Notes: generated by a model not told the origin, from the letters alone. DNA of 24,000 nucleotides from Candidatus Heimdallarchaeota archaeon (GCA_030668875.1 DAOVER010000010.1:1-24000); one strand, 5' to 3'. Positions 8,163 to 16,821 are shown, numbered from the stretch's first letter. Translations and numbers: made by a program.

Positions 8163-8465
8163 TTAAATCTCCTTGACAAAAGTATAATTATGTTCATTCA
8201 TAAATATTATTGGTTTAGGCTAATGGTGATATTGAAAATTGTTATAAAATACCAAGTAATGCTCTTCATAACATCATTCTACAATCATTTCACACTCATA
8301 AAAAGTTAGTTTAATTTAGGAATTCTATGCGGAATGAATTTAAATAAATGGTACTAATACTAATTACCAAAAACGATGCACTTACTAAAAACGTAATATG
8401 GTTTGTAGAAAATAAGCAAATGAGATGTTAATAGGATAAATACTGCACGTGGAGTGATATCATAG

Positions 8466-10583
8466 ATGGATGATTACCATACTAAGACTAATTTGTTTGA
8501 ATTCCTCAAATTATTACAGAGAGGAGAGTTTAAGGAAATTAAAGGAGTTCTTGAAATCATTCAAGGTCTTAGCAAAATCATTGAAAAAACACTTAGCCCT
8601 TCTCTTGTACTCATTAACTTCTACGATCAAGAGACCCAGCTACTTATTCCTTTTTCAGTATCTGGTGCAGATGTAAAGAAGGAAGAATTAGAGTTTGAAA
8701 TGGATCCATTTGAAAGCGATAATCCTTACTCAGATATTTTTACTTCATCTAAGCCAATCTGGGTCCAAGTGGATTCACTTTCAGAGGAATTTGAACTAAA
8801 AATAAAACTCACTGAAAAAGGCATTAAAGAAGCGATAATTACACCATTAATATATGATGATTCAATCATAATAGGTACGCTCACAACCTTTCTATTTCCT
8901 GAAACTAAGAAATATAATGAGGAATATTATTTTGAAATAATTAATGGTGTTTCCCACACAATATCATCATTAATATCTTCTTGGGTTGAAGAATACAGTT
9001 CCTTCCTTAAACAGCAACAAACCGAACTTATTGTCGAGATGTCTAATCTCACATTAGAAACAACTGAAGTTAAAATTATTCTCAACAATATTCTCCCCGA
9101 AGTTAAGAAGAGAACAGATATTGAGAGTATAGGCGTTTTTATCAAAGACATTGACCATTTTGCACTTATTCAGCATATTGGTTTAAATGAGGATATTGTC
9201 AGTTATTATTCCAAGCCCAATTTTGAGATATCTAATTTGTCGTACTTCAACACATCAAACAAAATAGAGGATGTAGATTTTTCAATCTATCCTGAACAAT
9301 TTGGTGTTATACTCCCAATTGGTTCAACAAATATTATGCTTGGATTTCTTCTAATATTATCACCTTCCAAGGAGAACCTATTAGAAGCCAACATTCATTT
9401 CCTTAGAATCTTAGCAAATCAACTTTTTCTCACCCTCCAACGTAAAAGATTGCTTGATGATATTCAGCAAATAACACAAACCTCTGAATATTCTTCTTTT
9501 CCTATCTTGCTTGTTAACAACAAAAATGAGATATTATACCTTAACAAACAAGCTGAAAAAACTTTCAATCTAAGTCATGACGAAGTTATAGGACTGAAAC
9601 TGGATTATTCCTTAAAATTACAAGAAGAAAAAGCAATCCTAATTCGAGATAAAATAAGCGATGTAATAACTAATATTGCTAAAGGAACAATGAAATTAGA
9701 CATTGAAGTAGCTCAATTGGGTAAGTTAGATGCCCGAACGTTCTTTGTTCAACTATCACCTACAATAAACAATCTTACAGGAGAATATTGTGTAGCATTG
9801 TCTCTTGTTGACATATCTGAAGCAACAAAGCTTCAATCAATTGCAGAAGAGTATTCAAATAGATCACGAATGTATCTGAATGTACTTACACATGACATTT
9901 ACAACATACTCTTCGGTATTTCTGGTTACTATGAATTATTAGATGACAAAGGTTCTCCAGAAGAGAATCAAGTTATTCAACGAGTAAGCACCCTTGTAAA
10001 AAGAGGAACAGCCATAGTTCAAGATATTAGATTACTCTCAAGTGTACTGGATATCTCAACGAGCTCAGAAAGAATGTTCATCCCACTGAAAATGACAATT
10101 GAACGAGTCATAACAAAAATTAAGGAAGAATTTGAAGACAAGGAAATTGACATCACTAATGTTCTTCCAACAGAAATGCGAGTAGTTGCGGGTGTTTTTC
10201 TTTACGAACTATTTCTCTATACTCTTACAAGTTTGATTCAACAATCTTCAAATAATGAAGTGAAAATTGAGATTTTGGGTGAGCAATCTTACATTGAAGA
10301 TGAGCCGTTTGTGAAGGTTAAAATCATTGATAGGGAAGGAACACATCCTGAAATAAGAGAAGAAATTAGAAGAGCTCTCAGTTTATCACCTTTTGACGAA
10401 ACTGTTCGTAAACATCTTGGATTTATGATTGTAAATGAAATAGCTAAAAAATACAACTATTCAGTCAAGATGATAGAAATAGATGAAAAAGACTGGAAAA
10501 AAGGATCAATTTTTGAAATTACAATGCCAATTCTAATTGAATCAGAAAAGGAAGAAATGAAAAAAAGTTCTACAACCGGGTAA
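8466..10583 (+). CDS. Sensor histidine kinase (GAF-like N-terminal region, PAS, HisKA H-box, divergent HATPase_c)
   Basis: SD GGAGTGAT lies 7 nt upstream of the ATG. The PAS-like segment is FPILLVNNKNEILYLNKQAEKTFNLSHDEVIG. The H-box is LNVLTHDIYNILFGISGY, with the His codon at 9891-9893. The C-terminal ATPase-like region is KVKIIDREGTHPEI ... HLGFMIVNEIAKKYN ... GSIFEITMP. Confidence 0.8.
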   Translation: MDDYHTKTNLFEFLKLLQRGEFKEIKGVLEIIQGLSKIIEKTLSPSLVLINFYDQETQLLIPFSVSGADVKKEELEFEMDPFESDNPYSDIFTSSKPIWVQVDSLSEEFELKIKLTEKGIKEAIITPLIYDDSIIIGTLTTFLFPETKKYNEEYYFEIINGVSHTISSLISSWVEEYSSFLKQQQTELIVEMSNLTLETTEVKIILNNILPEVKKRTDIESIGVFIKDIDHFALIQHIGLNEDIVSYYSKPNFEISNLSYFNTSNKIEDVDFSIYPEQFGVILPIGSTNIMLGFLLILSPSKENLLEANIHFLRILANQLFLTLQRKRLLDDIQQITQTSEYSSFPILLVNNKNEILYLNKQAEKTFNLSHDEVIGLKLDYSLKLQEEKAILIRDKISDVITNIAKGTMKLDIEVAQLGKLDARTFFVQLSPTINNLTGEYCVALSLVDISEATKLQSIAEEYSNRSRMYLNVLTHDIYNILFGISGYYELLDDKGSPEENQVIQRVSTLVKRGTAIVQDIRLLSSVLDISTSSERMFIPLKMTIERVITKIKEEFEDKEIDITNVLPTEMRVVAGVFLYELFLYTLTSLIQQSSNNEVKIEILGEQSYIEDEPFVKVKIIDREGTHPEIREEIRRALSLSPFDETVRKHLGFMIVNEIAKKYNYSVKMIEIDEKDWKKGSIFEITMPILIESEKEEMKKSSTTG

Positions 10584-10839
10584 CAAAGGTCATTTGAATA
10601 GATGAAATTTCCTCTAATGAATTCAATAATTCTTCAAGTTTATCTTGAGCACCATCTTCCTCAGGTATGATGAATTGCCCGATTATACCGACCATACCAA
10701 AAAATAATGGTTTTTCTTCAGGATTATCTTGCATTTGGAATTTTGGATCTAGACTATTTCTTATTTCTTCTTCGAGTTTCTTTGGAGTTACATCGACAGA
10801 TTCAGGACGAATCTCGTAAACTAATAATACTTTACCCAT
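10570..10839 (-). CDS. Translation elongation factor aEF-1beta
   Basis: ~89-aa protein MGKVLLVYEIRPESVDVTPKKLEEEIRNSL... typical of aEF-1beta. The ATG at 10839 has GAGGTG 6 nt upstream, so I prefer it to the ORF-track GTG at 10848. It sits directly downstream of the conserved Zn-ribbon partner gene. Confidence 0.85.
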   Translation of the reverse strand: MGKVLLVYEIRPESVDVTPKKLEEEIRNSLDPKFQMQDNPEEKPLFFGMVGIIGQFIIPEEDGAQDKLEELLNSLEEISSIQMTFVTRL

Positions 10840-10851
10840 TATGAACACCTC

Positions 10852-11043
10852 TTATGGACCTTTGAAGCCGCATTTTGGACAGAGATATTCATTTCCAAAA
10901 AGCCTACATTTTTGACAGCGTACAATTATTACATCATTACAGTTAGGGCACGAAAAGCGTGTAGTTCCTTCTTCACTAGGACTAATGGTTTTGTTACAGC
11001 TTGTGCATCTAGGCATATCAATCATTTTACTCATAGTCTTCAC
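10852..11043 (-). CDS. Zn-ribbon RNA-binding protein of the kind usually found upstream of aEF-1beta (COG2888-like)
   Basis: Four CxxC pairs (CTSC, CPNC, CQKC, CPKC) in 63 aa. The synteny with aEF-1beta is conserved. Confidence 0.75.
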   Translation of the reverse strand: MKTMSKMIDMPRCTSCNKTISPSEEGTTRFSCPNCNDVIIVRCQKCRLFGNEYLCPKCGFKGP

Positions 11044-11217
11044 TACTGTTATATCTATAGGATACGGATAGAAGGGTGTTTTAAGCTTTTTGACTTAAAC
11101 CATTTTCTGTTTTTCAATATGTTATTACAAAAAAATTATCATAAAGGTTATAATCATGACATGTCCATCTTAGTGTAGAAGAAATACAATACTCTGCATT
11201 GCAAAAGGACGATAAAT

Positions 11218-12375
11218 ATGAGCGGTTATTCTCCGACTTGGACAAACAAAGGTAGTGACAAATTACGAGCATTGCAAACTACAAAAATACTAATGAATAC
11301 ATTAAAACGAATAATATCATCGTTTGATATTACCAAAAAAGAAAATGAAGAAGCAATAATCTCTATCCTTGCTGATGTAATTTTCAATAATTTTACTCCA
11401 CATAGAGATCTAAGTATTGAAGATCAATTTGATTCATTAGTAGAATTCCTTGGTTGGAAAACTTTGAACATTGAGAAGAAGGAAGAAAGCGCGATAGTCA
11501 ATTTAGGTGCTAATCGATTTATTTCTTCAGAATCTACGGATCTCTCTTATCTCCTGATTGTTTCAGGTATAGTACGAGCTCTCGGATATTTTCTGTTTGA
11601 GTCAGATGTTATAGTTGAACAAATCCCTAGTCAATTTGAATCTCGGCAGATGCAGATTATTATACAAAAGATTGAACATCCAATACCCTCAGTTGGAGAA
11701 AAAATTATTGAAACTGAAACCAGTGCCTTGACGTACAAACCTATAGTGGATATGCAACAAAATATAATTCAATCAAGCAAACCACAACTTTCGACAGAGG
11801 AAGAGGAGATTAGATCCTCAATTGGATTAAATCTAGAAGATACATTCTCTCCAATCTTGAAAAATTATCCAATTACTAAGGTATTACCGATTTTTCATCA
11901 AGTATTAGCTGAAATAATTACTACTTTCTTTAGTGATATGGAGGATGCAAATGTAATAAAGGCTAAAGCTGAATTTACAGAGAATCACATATTATATCTT
12001 ATAGAAATCCTACTTACGAATATACGAGATGCTGACCAAAACATGCGAGAGATATCCTCAATGATTGGTCAATATGTCATTAAAACAATTAAAACTAATT
12101 CTGAAGATGATTTGTTAAAACATCTACCAGATGATATTACTTCAACAGTATCCCGCCGAGTTGCATATGTTGAATTTTCTGCTAGAAGCTATTGTACATA
12201 TGCTCCTGGAGAGAAATGTGTCGAAGGAAAAAGGGATTTGTGTGATTTTGTTCTTTATATGTGGGAGGGGATGTTAGAAAACCTCCTGCCAGATAAAATA
12301 TTTACAATTGGAGAGCGAATTCCTGCAACTCGAAGAGGTAAATTCTGCTTAGTTGAATTTCTAAAGGGTAAATAG
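11218..12375 (+). CDS. Hypothetical protein with a V4R-like (4-vinyl reductase / TRAPP Bet3-related fold) C-terminal domain and possibly a second degenerate copy in the N-terminal half
   Basis: The C-terminus YCTYAPGEKCVEGKRDLCDFVLYMWEGMLENLLPDKIFTIGERIPATRRGKFCLVEF fits the V4R pattern (C..G...C.F..G...G....v.E......G...C.v.F). The domain call comes from pattern memory only. Confidence 0.6.
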   Translation: MSGYSPTWTNKGSDKLRALQTTKILMNTLKRIISSFDITKKENEEAIISILADVIFNNFTPHRDLSIEDQFDSLVEFLGWKTLNIEKKEESAIVNLGANRFISSESTDLSYLLIVSGIVRALGYFLFESDVIVEQIPSQFESRQMQIIIQKIEHPIPSVGEKIIETETSALTYKPIVDMQQNIIQSSKPQLSTEEEEIRSSIGLNLEDTFSPILKNYPITKVLPIFHQVLAEIITTFFSDMEDANVIKAKAEFTENHILYLIEILLTNIRDADQNMREISSMIGQYVIKTIKTNSEDDLLKHLPDDITSTVSRRVAYVEFSARSYCTYAPGEKCVEGKRDLCDFVLYMWEGMLENLLPDKIFTIGERIPATRRGKFCLVEFLKGK

Positions 12376-12395
12376 TAAAAAACATTTTTCCCATC
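12271..12395 (+). repeat. Direct repeat copy 1 (3' end of CDS 11218-12375 plus 20 nt downstream)
   Basis: Aligns without gaps to 12995-13119 at a constant offset of 724. There are 9 mismatches in 125 nt, with only 2 in the first 92 nt. Confidence 0.95.
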
Positions 12396-12800
12396 TAGGT
12401 TTGTTGTTATCCAATCAAGTATCCCGTATTTGTATATGTAAAAATCGAACTGTGCTTGTTTAATTAAGTGTTTATTCTTGGAAAAAGTTTAATGTCCCTA
12501 TTATTGGTATTATTTCAAAATCAGCAAATTTGTGTGCATATCCTTCTTCTTTTGGCTCTGCTTTTACTCCTTTTTCCATCACTCTTTACCATTTGAATCG
12601 CCACTTTAACGTACTTTCTTGTACATTTAAGCCTTGTGTGGCAAAATTATCTGTGGGGCAGTGAAAGTAAAGAGATTTGCAGTTTGAAGTTTTCAGTTCT
12701 TCTTAATGTGTTTTTTTCATTCAAATAAAAGTATTATAACAGGAAGTTCAAAATTTACCAGAAACATTTAATTTACGTAATAAACATTTATGTGATAATC

Positions 12801-13099
12801 ATGATAGGACAAGGACAAGTACCAGTTATATTTTGAAAGAAGGTACTGTAAGAGTCACAGGTCGAGATGCTCAAAGAAACAATATCACAACTGCTTCTAT
12901 TATTACAGACACTATTAAGAGCACTCTGGGGTCCAAAGGTGTGGACAAATTATTAGTTTATAGTCTTGGAAATATCTAAATTTCCAATGAAGGAATGTTA
13001 CAAAACCTCCTGCCAGATAAAACATTTACAATTGGAGAGCGAATTCCTGCAACTCGAAGAGGTAAATTCTGCTTAGTTGAATTTCTTAAGGGTGAATAA
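12801..13099 (+). pseudogene. Chimeric pseudogene: an N-terminal thermosome (group II chaperonin) fragment fused in frame to a duplicated V4R-like 3' end
   Basis: ATG 12801 gives [12 protein letters not shown] 1-nt frame slip follows in the T-run at 12831-12834. The next frame reads [48 protein letters not shown], then an in-frame TAA at 12977-12979, then ISNEGMLQNLLPDK...FLKGE with a stop at 13097-13099. The N-terminal part matches the conserved thermosome N-terminus (ILKEGT.R..G.DAQR.NI.AA..IA..V.TTLGPKGMDKMLVDS.GD..I.NDGATIL). Confidence 0.8.
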
Positions 13100-13119
13100 A
13101 GGAAAACATTTTTTCCATC
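12995..13119 (+). repeat. Direct repeat copy 2
   Basis: See copy 1. It encodes MLQNLLPDKTFTIGERIPATRRGKFCLVEFLKGE*, compared with MLENLLPDKIFTIGERIPATRRGKFCLVEFLKGK* in copy 1. Confidence 0.95.
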
Positions 13120-13219
13120 CATTTTTAGTAACCTTTAAAATATAAACTGTCCATTGTGGGAGTAGATATATTCGAAAAGAATTTAGTAATGCTGAATTTA
13201 AACAATTGAGAGTGATAAT

Positions 13220-13684
13220 ATGGGAAGACGAGTTGTAAAAAAAGTCTATAGAGACACTTATGCAAGAGGACAAAGAGATGACAAAGAATTTGACAACAGG
13301 TATATAGTCAAAATCGAGTTAATATCAATAAAAGTCTTAGAAGATCGAGATTTGTTTGGAAACGAATCTGAGTTGTACTTCCGTGTGGGACGAAGACCTG
13401 CTTTTAGTGGAAGAATTCCAAATAGAGGCACAATAAACATGGAAAAGAATGAGCTTTGGAAACCCCCAGAAGGGCTTACACTATATACAGAATTTGTAAC
13501 AATGTCTCATGGTGGTGTTATTGGTGTTCCTTTCCATCTCTTTGAACGTGATCCTGGAAAGAATGATGATGAAATTATTAATATTGAATTATCAGTTCCT
13601 CTCGGTTCATCAGACTACCAGGTAATAACACAAAACTCTGTCAAAATAAAACTAAAGCTATCAGGTCTTAAAACAAGATATTAG
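13220..13684 (+). CDS. Hypothetical beta-rich protein with a tentative C2-domain-like pattern
   Basis: 154-aa ORF with host-like composition. See findings for the motif argument. Confidence 0.6.
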   Translation: MGRRVVKKVYRDTYARGQRDDKEFDNRYIVKIELISIKVLEDRDLFGNESELYFRVGRRPAFSGRIPNRGTINMEKNELWKPPEGLTLYTEFVTMSHGGVIGVPFHLFERDPGKNDDEIINIELSVPLGSSDYQVITQNSVKIKLKLSGLKTRY

Positions 13685-14916
13685 TTTTTTTTGAATAAAA
13701 ATCTCATACCTGTACCCAGAAGAAATGGCCACAACCTAAGGTTGAAAATCATGCGAAAAACAATCTTTGCTTGGTTATCAACATCTCCAAATCGTGAGAT
13801 CTTCTTTTTTATTTTTGGTTTATTTAATAAATTGAACAGTTTTTCAACGTGCTCATCTTTAAGAGAATTCAGATAATTTCTCACTAATTTCATTACATCC
13901 AGATTCCTTCTAAATTCCTTCCTCCATCTTTTCTCATATTCAGACAAGAATTTGGATGAAAAGTCTGCATTTTTTATTGCTTGGCTTGAGATATTGCCTG
14001 CAATTTTTGCAGCTATACCACCAAAGATTACACCGCCTCCAGTTGTGGGTTTAGTCTGTCCTGCAGCATCTCCAACAACAAGTACATTATCAGCATAAGT
14101 TCTTTTAATATAAGACCCAATCGGAATAACGCCACTCATTCGTTTTTCAATTGTTGCTGAAGATAATTTCTGTTTAATAATAGGGTGTGAGTTAATTAGA
14201 TTTTCAAGAGACTTACCAGCAGGAGGATTAGTAACTCCTAGCCCAACTTTCGCTCTTTTTTCATCTATGGGGATAATCCAACCAAAAAAACCTGGCACTA
14301 AATTATTGCTCTGATAAATTTCCACAAATTCTCTCTCGATATCTTTTACTCCAGACATGATAAATTGAGAGGCATACACAATATTATTACGTGATGGACT
14401 AGGTAGGTTGAATTTTTCATTTAAAGCGGGGAATCTACCTTCAGCGAGTATAACCATTTTAGATTTGATTTTTTGTGTTGTATTTCTTTTACCAAGAATA
14501 TACTTCAGATGATTATTGGTTCTTTTAATATTAAGAACTCTGGAAGAAGTTCGTATCTTCACACCTAGTTCAATTGCTTGAGAAGACAAATGAGAGTCAA
14601 AGCCAGCTCTATCCACAACCCAAGCAGTGGGTTTATTCTTTTCTACAACAATTAGTTCACCTTTTGGTGAATAAATTTTAGAGCCTCGAATGTCTTTGTT
14701 TTGAATTACAGTAGGAGGCAAATTAAGGAGATTAAGGGATTTTAAGCCATCGATGCTGAGCAGACCTGCACAATGTTCATGACGACCAATTACTTTTTTT
14801 GATTCAAGTAATGTAACTCCCACGCCCTTCTTTGATGCAGAAATTGCTGAGAGTAGACCGGCAGGACCGCCTCCAACCACCACTAAATCATCTTCTGACT
14901 CAATCACATGAAACAA
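13681..14916 (-). CDS. Geranylgeranyl reductase family flavoprotein (likely digeranylgeranylglycerophospholipid reductase)
   Basis: FAD dinucleotide-binding motif DLVVVGGGPAGLLSAISASKKG, a second FAD motif VLVVGDAAGQTKPTTGGGV, and a length typical of archaeal GGR. Confidence 0.8.
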   Translation of the reverse strand: MFHVIESEDDLVVVGGGPAGLLSAISASKKGVGVTLLESKKVIGRHEHCAGLLSIDGLKSLNLLNLPPTVIQNKDIRGSKIYSPKGELIVVEKNKPTAWVVDRAGFDSHLSSQAIELGVKIRTSSRVLNIKRTNNHLKYILGKRNTTQKIKSKMVILAEGRFPALNEKFNLPSPSRNNIVYASQFIMSGVKDIEREFVEIYQSNNLVPGFFGWIIPIDEKRAKVGLGVTNPPAGKSLENLINSHPIIKQKLSSATIEKRMSGVIPIGSYIKRTYADNVLVVGDAAGQTKPTTGGGVIFGGIAAKIAGNISSQAIKNADFSSKFLSEYEKRWRKEFRRNLDVMKLVRNYLNSLKDEHVEKLFNLLNKPKIKKKISRFGDVDNQAKIVFRMIFNLRLWPFLLGTGMRFLFKKN

Positions 14917-14993
14917 AGACCATGACTAGTTTAAAATAGTATGGAAAATAGCAATAATGATTTTTAACTTCTTTAAATTCCAGATTCTAGTTT

Positions 14994-15260
14994 CTACAAT
15001 GCACCTGATTTTGATAAATATTCTCTCAATTTTAGATTTTTTCCAGTTTTGATATTTTCTCGGATAATGTGTTTTTCAAGAGATTTAAGTAAGAATGTTG
15101 AGTCACTTTTTGATTGGAAAGATGATCTAATGACCATTAAAATTTTGCCACAATCAGTACAGATTATCTCCTTTGTCGAAAATTCTTCGTTTTCAGCATC
15201 GAAAACGGTTACATATCTTTGACATCTGGAACAATATATAGTGTCTATCTCATATAGCAT
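14994..15260 (-). CDS. Small Zn-ribbon protein, function unknown
   Basis: CSRC...CTDC pair. The ATG at 15260 is preceded by GGGTGAG at 4-nt spacing, so I prefer it to the ORF-track GTG at 15269. Confidence 0.55.
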   Translation of the reverse strand: MLYEIDTIYCSRCQRYVTVFDAENEEFSTKEIICTDCGKILMVIRSSFQSKSDSTFLLKSLEKHIIRENIKTGKNLKLREYLSKSGAL

Positions 15261-15428
15261 TTTTCTCACCCATTTATCTATATTTGTACCTATTTCTTAT
15301 TTTAACATAGACATTCACATTTAAAGGAAAAGTATTATGCAAATAGATATGTGGGAAATATATTATATTTATAAAGAACTTAAAAACAAACTTGCTTTCT
15401 GAAAACTTTTTTGATTCTAGGTGTGTAA

Positions 15429-16115
15429 TTAAGTTTCAATTTTTCTCAAATATTTCTTCTGTTTTTCATCTAAACGTCTCATTCTCAGTAAACCTTCATA
15501 GTACCAACACACGATTGTTCGGTTCATGTTTTTTACATTCTTTTGATGAACTTTGTCGTCATTTTCAAACCTTCGTAAAAAAAGATGTTTATCTGAAGAA
15601 AAAAGTGTTATCTCTTCGGTATGATTAGCTCGCTTGAATCTAAATGTCTTACATTTCTCATTTTGTTTTGAGTCAACTCGATGTCGGAAAGCTTTTTTCC
15701 CATATATTTTAACATACTCACTTATTTTATTGATTATAGCATCAAGAGGCATGTATCCTATCTGTTTTTCCTCTTGTGTGATCTTATCAAAATCTAACTT
15801 TATTTCATCAATCTCTATCAGATTCTCAATTAGTTTTGTTTCAATGATTGCTCCCCTATCTTCAAAAACCTCCCACTTCAATTTATGATCGGAATCAGAT
15901 TGACCATCACCATAATAATAGATTGATTCAGTTTGAGGACTATAGGTAACCTTCATTACACCATCAGGATATATTTTTTCTTTTACCTTATTCGAGATAG
16001 TAACACCATTTTCTTCAGATATTTTTCTATAGGCTGTTTGATATCCTTCAGTAATATCTATCTGTTCAAAGCTTTCTGAAGGTTTATTCTCGTCATTTTT
16101 ACCTACACGCAGCAT
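15429..16115 (-). CDS. Hypothetical protein
   Basis: Long ORF. The ATG at 16115 is preceded by GAGGAAAG, whereas the ORF-track start at 16190 is a TTG with no SD. I recognised no family. Confidence 0.55.
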   Translation of the reverse strand: MLRVGKNDENKPSESFEQIDITEGYQTAYRKISEENGVTISNKVKEKIYPDGVMKVTYSPQTESIYYYGDGQSDSDHKLKWEVFEDRGAIIETKLIENLIEIDEIKLDFDKITQEEKQIGYMPLDAIINKISEYVKIYGKKAFRHRVDSKQNEKCKTFRFKRANHTEEITLFSSDKHLFLRRFENDDKVHQKNVKNMNRTIVCWYYEGLLRMRRLDEKQKKYLRKIET

Positions 16116-16406
16116 TTTCTTTCCTCTTGTAATCTTACTGTTAACTATGAATAAGTCTGAAAGAAATTGCGAACTTCTCTTCTTAAACAAGATTCAAGTG
16201 CTAATAACAGTAAAACTGCTTCATCAATAAAATGGATAAGTATTATCCACGCAATATCTACATGTTGAGTAAAGTGCTTATCTCTTCTCGACATTCACAA
16301 TTTCAAATATCTTTTTGCAATAAATTGCTGAGAGCACAAGTATCTTAGAAGCACTTACAAAAGCATGTAAAGTATCAAACACAAATCACAAAGCCTAATG
16401 GTAAGG

Positions 16407-16416
16407 TTTATAAATA
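16407..16416 (+). promoter_or_regulatory. Candidate TATA box for the 16470-18939 operon
   Basis: TTTATAAATA lies 54 nt upstream of the first ATG, which would leave a ~30-nt leader containing the SD GGTGA (16460-16464). AT-rich background makes this a weak call. Confidence 0.3.
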
Positions 16417-16469
16417 CTTACAGAATATTGTATATTAACACACAAAAAGTGTAACAATAGGTGAGAAAC

Positions 16470-16592
16470 ATGAGACAAAGTGAAACGATAAGAACATTGG
16501 ATCAAGAGATCCGCAAGTTAAAAGATGAATTAAATCAACTTCAAAGAGCAAAAAGAGTGTTGAAAAGAAGATCAGAAGGAGTAGCAATTTAA
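16470..16592 (+). CDS. Small (40 aa) basic coiled-coil protein, first gene of the operon. It is below the ORF-track size cutoff.
   Basis: ATG with GGTGA 5 nt upstream. It encodes MRQSETIRTLDQEIRKLKDELNQLQRAKRVLKRRSEGVAI. Its stop lies 1-10 nt before the next gene's start. Confidence 0.45.
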   Translation: MRQSETIRTLDQEIRKLKDELNQLQRAKRVLKRRSEGVAI

Positions 16593-16593
16593 G

Positions 16594-16806
16594 GTGAGAA
16601 TCTTGAACCAACATGACTTTGAAAATGATTTTGATGAACACTTAGAAGAGTGGATGGTTGAGTTTAAGAGTTCCATGATGGAACTCAAAGAATCTATGAA
16701 AGAAATGGTTCTAGACTTAAAGGACACCATGAACGAGCTGAAATATGATCTAAAAGAAATATTTGACTCCAGCGAAATTTCCGAAGAGAGGGAGAGTATT
16801 TTTTAA
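16594..16806 (+). CDS. Small acidic coiled-coil protein
   Basis: 70-aa ORF with a repeated xLKxxM heptad-like pattern (MELKESMKEMVLDLKDTMNELKYDLKEIF). GGTGA (16593-16597) suggests that the real start may be the in-frame TTG at 16603. Confidence 0.55.
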   Translation: MRILNQHDFENDFDEHLEEWMVEFKSSMMELKESMKEMVLDLKDTMNELKYDLKEIFDSSEISEERESIF

Positions 16807-16821
16807 TTAAGGTGAAATAAA

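Noticed and set aside
12271-13119. CRISPR array or IS target duplication as the explanation for the 125-bp direct repeat
   Set aside because: There are only two copies, they are far longer than CRISPR repeats, and they are coding-derived. The 599-bp interval has no transposase and no inverted ends, so neither a CRISPR array nor a transposon fits.
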